This document shows positions 56,943 through 64,000 of a stretch of DNA of 64,000 nucleotides, in pieces. How positions within the stretch are numbered: position 1 is the first letter of the stretch; every line of letters begins with the position of its first letter. Origin of the DNA: Lachnospiraceae bacterium (GTDB lineage Bacteria; Bacillota; Clostridia; Lachnospirales; Lachnospiraceae); the NCBI GenBank assembly GCA_024680055.1, contig JAILCP010000054.1:31759-95758 (forward strand), read 5' to 3'. The translations under genes and the position numbers were made by a program. The notes beneath the pieces are model-generated. The model had not been told where the DNA came from. It ran no database searches and was given only the letters and a program-made list of their open reading frames with translations.

Positions 56943-57797
56943 ATGGAGGTAACCGTAGCCAAAAGTGCCGGTTTTTGCTTTGGAGTAAAACGAGCCGTTG
57001 ACATGGTTTATAAATGCGCCAAAGAAAGTGACCTGCCGGTATATACATATGGACCCATCATACATAACGAAGTGGTGACAGGAGATTTTGAATCCATGGG
57101 AGTAAAGGTTCTTGATGAGAATACCGATTTATCTTCGATTCAACAGGGACTGATTATTATTCGTTCCCACGGTGTTTCAAAAAAAATAATGGATTCCATT
57201 GAAAAATGTGGTCTTATGGTAAAAGATGCCACCTGTCCCTTTGTAAAAAAGATTCACAACCATGTTTCTGCATGCAGTAAAAACGGGGATACCATTATTA
57301 TCATTGGAAACAAAAACCATCCGGAAGTACAGGGAATTGTGGGATGGAGCAGCAGTGAGCGAACCTTTGTAATTGATTCTGTGGAGGAGGCAAAAGCTTT
57401 TTTTGCACATAAAAACGAAAAAATCTGTATTGTTTCTCAAACCACATACAATTACAATAAATTTCAAGAATTAGTTGAAATTATAACCCAAAAAGGTTAT
57501 GATATAAATGTTATCAATACGATTTGTGATGCCACTCATGAGAGGCAGGCAGAGGCTTTAATGCTAGCAAAAAAGTCTGATGCCATGATCGTAATTGGTA
57601 GTCTTACGAGCTCTAATACACAGAAATTGTATGAGATTTGTAAGAAAGAATGTGCAAATACTTACTACATACAAACCATTGACGATCTTGACGTGACCAA
57701 GACGCAAGCAATCCATTCTGTAGGTATTACTGCAGGGGCATCTACCCCAAACAAATTAATTGAGGAGGTTCAAAAGTATGTCAGAAATGAGCTTTGA
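56943..57797 (+). CDS. ispH: HMBPP reductase IspH (LytB)
   Basis: AGFCFGVKRAV, GPIIHN, RSHG, DATCPFV, H.EV.GI, SQTT, TIC.AT..RQ, SSNT, ITAGASTP. Confidence 0.97.
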   Translation: MEVTVAKSAGFCFGVKRAVDMVYKCAKESDLPVYTYGPIIHNEVVTGDFESMGVKVLDENTDLSSIQQGLIIIRSHGVSKKIMDSIEKCGLMVKDATCPFVKKIHNHVSACSKNGDTIIIIGNKNHPEVQGIVGWSSSERTFVIDSVEEAKAFFAHKNEKICIVSQTTYNYNKFQELVEIITQKGYDINVINTICDATHERQAEALMLAKKSDAMIVIGSLTSSNTQKLYEICKKECANTYYIQTIDDLDVTKTQAIHSVGITAGASTPNKLIEEVQKYVRNEL

Positions 57798-58920
57798 ACA
57801 AATGCTTGAAGATTCACTAAAAACAATAAGAAATGGGGAGGTCGTAGAAGGTACTGTCATTGGTGTGAAACCGGAAGAAGCTGTCCTTAACATTGGCTAC
57901 AAGGCTGATGGGATTTTGACTCGCAACGAGTATTCCAATGATCCTGTCGACCTTACAACCGTAGTTAAAGTCGGAGATAAGATGGATGTTAAGGTTGTTA
58001 AAGTGAACGACGGCGAAGGCCAGGTTTTACTTTCCTACAAACGTCTTCAGGCTGAAAAAGGCAACAAACGCCTTGAAGAAGCTTTCAACAATCATGAAGT
58101 TTTGAAAGCAACTGTAAGCGAGGTTCTCTCCGGAGGATTAAGCGTAGTAATCGACGAAGCAAAGGTATTTATTCCTGCAAGTCTTGCTTCCGATACATTC
58201 GAAAAGAATTTAAACAAATTTAAAGGGCAGGAAATTGAATTTGTTATTACCGAATTCAACCCAAGAAGACGCAGAGTCATTGGTGATCGTAAGCAACTAT
58301 TAGTTGCTAAGAAGGCTGAATTACAGAAAGAGTTATTCGCTAAGATTGCTGTTGGTGATGTGATCGAAGGTGTTGTTAAGAATGTTACAGACTTTGGTGC
58401 ATTCATTGACTTAGGCGGAGCTGACGGATTACTTCATATTTCTGAAATGTCCTGGGGCCGTGTTGATAATCCTAAGAAGATTTACAAAGTCGGTGACACA
58501 GTGAAAGCGTTCATTAAAGATATTAATGATACAAAGATTGCTCTTTCAACCAAGTTTGAAGATGAGAATCCATGGAAGAATGCCAGCGAACGTTTCGCAG
58601 TTGGTAATGTTGTAACCGGAAAGGTTGCAAGAATGACTGACTTCGGTGCTTTTGTTGAATTAGCAGACGGAGTTGATGCATTATTACATGTTTCTCAGAT
58701 TTCTAAAGAACATATCGAAAAACCATCTGACGTATTATCTGTCGGACAGGAAATCGAAGCTAAAATTGTTGGCTTTGTTGAAGAAGAGAAGAAGATTAGC
58801 CTTAGCATGAAAGCTTTATTAGAAACAGAGGCTCCTGCTAAGGAAGCTGATGCAGATGACTCCGATGTTGCTGACGTCAACATTGATGAGGTTGCAGCTA
58901 GCTTAGAAGATGAACAGTAA
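57778..58920 (+). CDS. rpsA: 30S ribosomal protein S1
   Basis: Four S1 repeats (FGAFIDLGGADGLLHISE, FGAFVEL..GVDALLHVSQ); SD GAGGAGG 9 nt before ATG 57778. Confidence 0.96.
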   Translation: MSEMSFEQMLEDSLKTIRNGEVVEGTVIGVKPEEAVLNIGYKADGILTRNEYSNDPVDLTTVVKVGDKMDVKVVKVNDGEGQVLLSYKRLQAEKGNKRLEEAFNNHEVLKATVSEVLSGGLSVVIDEAKVFIPASLASDTFEKNLNKFKGQEIEFVITEFNPRRRRVIGDRKQLLVAKKAELQKELFAKIAVGDVIEGVVKNVTDFGAFIDLGGADGLLHISEMSWGRVDNPKKIYKVGDTVKAFIKDINDTKIALSTKFEDENPWKNASERFAVGNVVTGKVARMTDFGAFVELADGVDALLHVSQISKEHIEKPSDVLSVGQEIEAKIVGFVEEEKKISLSMKALLETEAPAKEADADDSDVADVNIDEVAASLEDEQ

Positions 58921-58934
58921 AACGGAGGGATAAT

Positions 58935-59720
58935 ATGCCATTAGTTGACGGTTATGAGAAATTTAAAAAGGATGTGTTTTCTTTAACAAAAATTGATTTA
59001 AATGCTTACAAAGAAAAGCAGATGAAAAGAAGAATTGACACATTGATAGGGAAGAACAATTGTAATTCTTACGATGCATACCTTACATTAATTAAAGGAA
59101 ACAAAGAGAAATTCGAAGAATTTGTCAATTTCCTTACCATTAATGTTTCTGAATTTTATCGTAACCCGGAACAGTGGGAAGTGCTTGATAAGGAGCTGTT
59201 TCCGCAGCTTGTAAAAAAATTTGGTAACAATCTCAAGATTTGGAGTGCTGCTTGCTCCACCGGAGATGAACCATATTCTCTTGTTATGGCACTTAGCAGG
59301 CATGTACCTTTGGAAAAAATTAAAATTATTGCGACGGATATAGATAAGCAGGTTATTGCCAAGGCTAAGGTTGGATTATATTCTGCCAAGAGCATTGCCA
59401 ATGTACCGGCTGACTTAAAGAAGAAATACTTCGAGGAAATCGGCGGTTCCTACCAGATCTCTGATGCCATCAAAAAGAGAGTTGAGTTTAAGGAGCATAA
59501 CTTATTAAAAGACCCTTATCCAACAAACTGCCACTTAATCGTTTGTAGAAACGTACTTATATATTTCACCGAAGAAGCCAAAGAGGAAGTGTACAAGAAA
59601 TTTTATGCGTCTCTTGCACAGGGTGGATCCCTCTTCATTGGTAGTACAGAACAGATTTTAACCTACAAAGAAATCGGTTATGAACGTGCCAAGGCCTTCT
59701 TCTTTACCCGAACAAATTAA
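58935..59720 (+). CDS. cheR: Chemotaxis methyltransferase CheR
   Basis: LTINVSEFYRNP, IWSAACSTGDEPYS, IIATDID, HNLL, CRNVLIYF. Confidence 0.96.
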   Translation: MPLVDGYEKFKKDVFSLTKIDLNAYKEKQMKRRIDTLIGKNNCNSYDAYLTLIKGNKEKFEEFVNFLTINVSEFYRNPEQWEVLDKELFPQLVKKFGNNLKIWSAACSTGDEPYSLVMALSRHVPLEKIKIIATDIDKQVIAKAKVGLYSAKSIANVPADLKKKYFEEIGGSYQISDAIKKRVEFKEHNLLKDPYPTNCHLIVCRNVLIYFTEEAKEEVYKKFYASLAQGGSLFIGSTEQILTYKEIGYERAKAFFFTRTN

Positions 59721-59758
59721 TTGATTTACTGCGAATCGGAATAAGCGTAAACATAAAG

Positions 59759-59811
59759 AAAGAGACTACTTTGATTGCTGATAAGCAGCATGATTAGTAA
59801 TCTCTTTTTTT
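59759..59811. terminator. Probable bidirectional terminator between convergent cheR and exonuclease genes
   Basis: AAAGAGACTACT...AGTAATCTCTTT outer stem with inner TGCTG/CAGCA; T-run on the right, A-rich on the left. Confidence 0.6.
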
Positions 59812-59817
59812 ATAGTT

Positions 59818-60846
59818 TTATAATTTTACTAAAAGCGTTATTACCTTTAACATGTATGGTTGCATAATTTTTTCGGATGCAATGTTTTCATCGTTAATGT
59901 GAAATTTGCCATAGCAATTTGCTAAGGTGGCCGGTTTCTTTTCTTCTTTACCAAGAGTGGAAGCCAATTCTTTTAAAATGGCCATATCTTCACCCGGCAG
60001 ATAATAATAGTTTTTGTAATCCAAATAAGGAACCTTGATATTTCCGTCTTGGACCTGACAGCTTAACGACAAAGTTTTACCGGAAAGAGAAAGATAATAT
60101 TCGTCTTTTCGATAACTGATTGGTTTAGGAACTTCGTATAGAAGATTTGCTTTTAAAATTAGATTTTCAATTTTCCTGCCGTAGTAATCGGTGGAAGTAT
60201 CCAAAAATGAGGATTTAAATTGAAAATCACCTTGTAGGGCATGAGGATAGGACAGCACCGGCAATAAATAAATCATTCCAAGAACATCCTCATAGTTGTG
60301 AAGCAAAAGAAGTTGTTCTTCTTTTAGGTCCCCGGTTTTTAAATACTTTTCATAGTGAGAGATTAGTTCTCCACCGGTATATAGGTCTTTACGACTGATA
60401 CCAAGAAAGGTTTCCACTGTTTTTTGCTTAAGATTTTCAAGCTTAAGAATGTTTTTGTAACCTTTCAGTTCTTTGTATAAGTCAAGAGAATGCAGCTCTC
60501 CCAGGGTGAATTCTCCATGAAGCCGACGACACTTATCTTTTAAATAGGAAATATCAAATCCATCGCCGTTAAATGTAATACAAGTGGTGTATTTTTTACA
60601 CAGATGAAAAAATGCTGTTAAAAGAGAGAGTTCTTCTTCTTTTTTTTCAGCAAGAAACTGGGTGATACAGACGTATTCACCTTTTAATGTAGCACAACCA
60701 ATCATATATAATTGAGAGGTTTTTGATGAAAATCCCGTAGTTTCAATGTCAAATAGGATTGCATCCTCGGTTAAAAATGACAGACTTTTAGGGGAAACAT
60801 CGTTAATTTTCACTTCATGTTGTATTGTTTTCATTGAAATCTCCAA
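59818..60846 (-). CDS. DEDD-type RNase H-like exonuclease (YprB/MrfB-like)
   Basis: LFDIETTG, TFNG..FD..YL, DLYK, L.L.NL..K.VE..LGI.R, HNYEDV acidic motifs; start may be at the second Met. Confidence 0.8.
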   Translation of the reverse strand: MEISMKTIQHEVKINDVSPKSLSFLTEDAILFDIETTGFSSKTSQLYMIGCATLKGEYVCITQFLAEKKEEELSLLTAFFHLCKKYTTCITFNGDGFDISYLKDKCRRLHGEFTLGELHSLDLYKELKGYKNILKLENLKQKTVETFLGISRKDLYTGGELISHYEKYLKTGDLKEEQLLLLHNYEDVLGMIYLLPVLSYPHALQGDFQFKSSFLDTSTDYYGRKIENLILKANLLYEVPKPISYRKDEYYLSLSGKTLSLSCQVQDGNIKVPYLDYKNYYYLPGEDMAILKELASTLGKEEKKPATLANCYGKFHINDENIASEKIMQPYMLKVITLLVKL

Positions 60847-60966
60847 AAAGTTAGTTTAAAGTAACCATTTATTGTTGTTAAATATATATCTATTATAGCA
60901 TATTAATGAAAATATGATATAATCAAATATGGATTTAAGAAGTTTTATAAGAAAGAAGGAGAAGAA

Positions 60967-62289
60967 ATGGGAAATTTAACTTTCAAGGGTGGAGTGCATC
61001 CATTCGAGGGAAAAGAACTTTCCAAAGATAAACCGGTGAAACCTTATTTACCAACCGGTGATTTGGTATATCCACTTTCCCAACATATTGGTGCCCCAGC
61101 AAACCCTGTGGTAGCTAAAGGTGACCATGTATTAGCTGGACAGCTAATTGCTGAAGCCGGTGGCTTTGTATCAGCCCCAATCTATGCAAGTGTTTCCGGT
61201 ACAGTAAAAGCAATTGAGCCTCGTAGAAACGCCACCAGTACCATGGTGCCATCAATCATTATTGAAAATGATGGCGAATACAAATCCGTGGAATTTAATG
61301 CTGTTGACGATCCATTCTCTTTACCGAGAGAAGAAATTCTTGAGCGTATTAAAACCGCCGGAATTGTGGGTATGGGAGGAGCAGGATTCCCTACTCATGT
61401 AAAATTATCACCAAAGGAGCCTGACAAGATTGACTACATTATTGCCAACTGTGCAGAGTGTGAGCCATATCTTACTTCTGACTATCGTTTAATGCTTGAT
61501 GAGCCGGAAGCTTTAGTAGGTGGTATGAAACTTATGGTATCCCTGTTTGATAATGCTCAGGGTATCATTGCAATTGAAGACAATAAGCCGGATTGTATCA
61601 AGCTTATTTCTGAATTAGTAAAAGATGAACCTAAGGTTTGTGTGAAACAAGTCATGACAAAATATCCACAGGGTTCTGAACGTCAGATGATTTATGCAAC
61701 AACCGGACGTGAGATTAACTCTTCCATGTTACCGGCTGATGCTGGTTGTATTGTGGATAATACAGCAACAATTATCAACGTATTTAAAGCAGTAAAAGAA
61801 GGAAAACCATTAACTCATCGTGTTGTTACTGTAACAGGAGATGCCATTGAAGATCCAAGAAACTTTGATGTTTTATTCGGTACCAACTTTGCAGAGTTAA
61901 TTGAAGCTGCAGGCGGATTCAAAAATGAACCTGAAAAGATTATTTCAGGTGGTCCTATGATGGGATTTGCTGTTTTTGATACCAACTTCCCTGTTGTTAA
62001 AAATACATCCTCTATTTTATGTCTGTCACATGATGAGGTTGCAGCAACGGAACCTACGGCATGTATTAATTGCGGACGTTGTGTGGAAGTGTGTCCTTCC
62101 AGATTAATTCCATCCCGTCTTTCCAAATTAATGGATCACGGTGATATTGAAACATTTGAAAAGATGAACGGTGTTGAGTGTGTTGAATGTGGAAGCTGTA
62201 GCTTTATTTGCCCGGCTAAGAGACATTTGGCTCAGTCCATCAGAGCAGGACGTCAGACAGTACTTGCCAACAGACGTAAGAAAAAGTAA
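60967..62289 (+). CDS. rnfC: Rnf electron transport complex subunit C
   Basis: PLSQHIGAPA, GMGGAGFPT.VK, N.AECEPYLTSD, KYPQG.E, CINCGRCV.VCP, C.ECG.CS..CP. Confidence 0.97.
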   Translation: MGNLTFKGGVHPFEGKELSKDKPVKPYLPTGDLVYPLSQHIGAPANPVVAKGDHVLAGQLIAEAGGFVSAPIYASVSGTVKAIEPRRNATSTMVPSIIIENDGEYKSVEFNAVDDPFSLPREEILERIKTAGIVGMGGAGFPTHVKLSPKEPDKIDYIIANCAECEPYLTSDYRLMLDEPEALVGGMKLMVSLFDNAQGIIAIEDNKPDCIKLISELVKDEPKVCVKQVMTKYPQGSERQMIYATTGREINSSMLPADAGCIVDNTATIINVFKAVKEGKPLTHRVVTVTGDAIEDPRNFDVLFGTNFAELIEAAGGFKNEPEKIISGGPMMGFAVFDTNFPVVKNTSSILCLSHDEVAATEPTACINCGRCVEVCPSRLIPSRLSKLMDHGDIETFEKMNGVECVECGSCSFICPAKRHLAQSIRAGRQTVLANRRKKK

Positions 62290-62304
62290 AAGAGGTGTAG
62301 AACA

Positions 62305-63240
62305 GTGAATGAATTATTAAACGTGTCATCATCACCACATGTTCGTTCCAAAGATACCACTCAGAAGATTATGCTTTACGTAATCATTGCATTACTTCCG
62401 GCAACCTGCTTTGGTATTTATAATTTTGGAATATCAGCATTGGTGTTGGTATTGGTTACTATCGCAAGCTGTGTAGCTTCGGAGTACATTTTTAATTTAA
62501 TTACGAAAAGAAAACAAACAATTAATGATTTAAGTGCCGTTGTCACAGGTTTATTGTTAGCATTAAACCTGCCATCATCCTTCCCATGGTACCTTGCAGT
62601 ACTTGGTGGAGTATTCGGTATTATTATCGTTAAAATGGTATTTGGTGGATTAGGTCAGAACTTTATGAACCCTGCACTTGGTGCAAGATGTTTCTTACTT
62701 ATTTCCTTTGCCGGATATATGACTAATTTTACCTACGATGGTAAATCAACTGCAACTCCTCTTGCATTATTAAAAGCAGGAGAGCAGGTTAACAGCATGG
62801 ATATGTTCCTTGGAACCTGTGCAGGTACCATCGGTGAGACCAGTGTAATTGCAATTTTAATCGGTGCAATCTTCCTTATTCTTATGGGAGTAATTGATTT
62901 ATCAATTCCTGCATCTTATATTTTAACATTTGCAGCTTTCACACTGTTGTTCTCAGGACATATGTTTGATATTAACTTCCTTGTGGCTGAGTTATGCGGT
63001 GGTGGTTTAATGCTTGGTGCATTCTTTATGGCTACCGACTATGCAACCAGCCCAATTACAACAAAAGGACGAATTATCTTTGGAATCTGTCTTGGTATTC
63101 TTACCGGATTATTCCGTTTTTATGGTGCTTCTGCAGAAGGTGTTTCTTATGCAATTATCTTCTCCAACCTTTTAGTACCATTGATTGAGAAAATCTCCGT
63201 ACCTACAGCATTTGGTAAAGGAGGCAAGAAGCATGAGTAG
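62305..63240 (+). CDS. rnfD: Rnf subunit D (GTG start)
   Basis: SSSPH, K.VFGGLGQN.MNPA, STATPL FMN site, GTIGETS, FFMATDY.TSP.T. Confidence 0.96.
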   Translation: MNELLNVSSSPHVRSKDTTQKIMLYVIIALLPATCFGIYNFGISALVLVLVTIASCVASEYIFNLITKRKQTINDLSAVVTGLLLALNLPSSFPWYLAVLGGVFGIIIVKMVFGGLGQNFMNPALGARCFLLISFAGYMTNFTYDGKSTATPLALLKAGEQVNSMDMFLGTCAGTIGETSVIAILIGAIFLILMGVIDLSIPASYILTFAAFTLLFSGHMFDINFLVAELCGGGLMLGAFFMATDYATSPITTKGRIIFGICLGILTGLFRFYGASAEGVSYAIIFSNLLVPLIEKISVPTAFGKGGKKHE

Positions 63241-63844
63241 AATCGTTAGTGATACAATTAAGATTTTTGCCATAACTTTAGTTGCAGGATTACTTCTTGG
63301 TGGCGTATATACAATTACCAAGGAACCGATTGCAAAAGCAGAGGATGCAGCTAAGCAGGAAGCTTACAAATCTGTATTTAAGGATGCAGACAGTTTTGAA
63401 GCTGTTGATTTTGATGAAAAACAGGCAGCATCAGTTCTCAAAGAGGGCGGATACACCGATGATACCATCGATGAAGTTGTTGTTGCAAAAGATAAAGCAG
63501 GAGAAGAGATGGGTTATGTTTTAACCATTACTTCCTCTGCAGGATACGGCGGAGACATTCAGTTTTCCATCGGACTTATGAAAGACGGAACATTAAATGG
63601 CTACTCCATTCTTTCTATTAGCGAGACTGCCGGATTAGGTATGAAGGCAAAAGAGGAGAAATTCTCCAGCCAGTTCGTTAATAAACAGGTTGAAAAGTTT
63701 GAAGTTACAAAGACAGGTTCAACATCTGATAGTGAAATTGATGCTATCAGTGGTGCAACCATTACCTCTAAGGCTATGACATATGGTGTTGATTCAGGTC
63801 TTTACTACTTCCAAAACGTTTTAATGGAAGGAGGAGCTGAATAA
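63233..63844 (+). CDS. rnfG: Rnf subunit G
   Basis: N-terminal TM, GYGG.I, ETAGLG, IDAISGATITS FMN-binding motif. Confidence 0.95.
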   Translation: MSRIVSDTIKIFAITLVAGLLLGGVYTITKEPIAKAEDAAKQEAYKSVFKDADSFEAVDFDEKQAASVLKEGGYTDDTIDEVVVAKDKAGEEMGYVLTITSSAGYGGDIQFSIGLMKDGTLNGYSILSISETAGLGMKAKEEKFSSQFVNKQVEKFEVTKTGSTSDSEIDAISGATITSKAMTYGVDSGLYYFQNVLMEGGAE

Positions 63845-64000
63845 TGAATAAATGTATGGAACGTTTATACAACGGTATTTTGAAAGAGAACCCAACCTTC
63901 GTATTAATGCTTGGTATGTGTCCTACTTTGGCTGTTACCACTTCAGCTATGAACGGTATCGGAATGGGTCTTTCAACCACAGTTGTATTGGCTTTATCGA
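63844..64000 (+). CDS. rnfE: Rnf subunit E (3' truncated by window edge)
   Basis: NGILKENPTFVLMLGMCPTLAVTTSA.NG.GMG. Confidence 0.93.
   Translation, partial: MNKCMERLYNGILKENPTFVLMLGMCPTLAVTTSAMNGIGMGLSTTVVLALS

Overview
Core-chromosome segment of a motile, low-GC clostridium. A Lachnospiraceae-like assignment is inferred from gene order and protein style. Nearly all genes are on the + strand. Order: (1) 3' half of a fla/che operon (flhA partial, flhF, flhG, PilZ brake, cheB-A-W-C-D, fliA/sigD, FapA and three accessory genes); (2) rpsB-tsf, then an interposed polysaccharide deacetylase + bactofilin pair, then pyrH-frr-uppS-cdsA-dxr-rseP-ispG-polC; (3) a ~5.8 kb block between polC and rimP (DUF5050-like and PHP genes on the minus strand, infC-rpmI-rplT, tRNA-Glu(CTC), and an APC amino-acid permease fused to two RCK_C/TrkA_C domains); (4) rimP-nusA-ylxR-L7Ae-infB-rbfA-nrnA-truB-ribF, an SH3-NlpC/P60 hydrolase, rpsO-pnp; (5) cls, metallophosphoesterase, scpAB; (6) a Na+-pumping biotin decarboxylase cluster with two different carboxyltransferases; (7) RpiR-flavoprotein-cmk-ispH-rpsA-cheR; (8) a DEDD exonuclease and rnfCDGE (partial). 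I found no integrase, transposase, prophage, CRISPR array or defence island, and I cannot claim a clearly new system. The best candidates for something undescribed are the APC permease-tandem RCK_C fusion (possibly a c-di-AMP-gated amino-acid transporter) and the dual-carboxyltransferase decarboxylase cluster with a degenerate acyl-CoA carboxyltransferase. Also notable are a set of cis-regulatory RNA and recoding signals: an 81-nt pnp leader hairpin, an AUA start for infC, a likely non-AUG start for the L7Ae gene, and a twin-hairpin rimP leader. All family assignments come from motif recognition by eye; no database searches were run.
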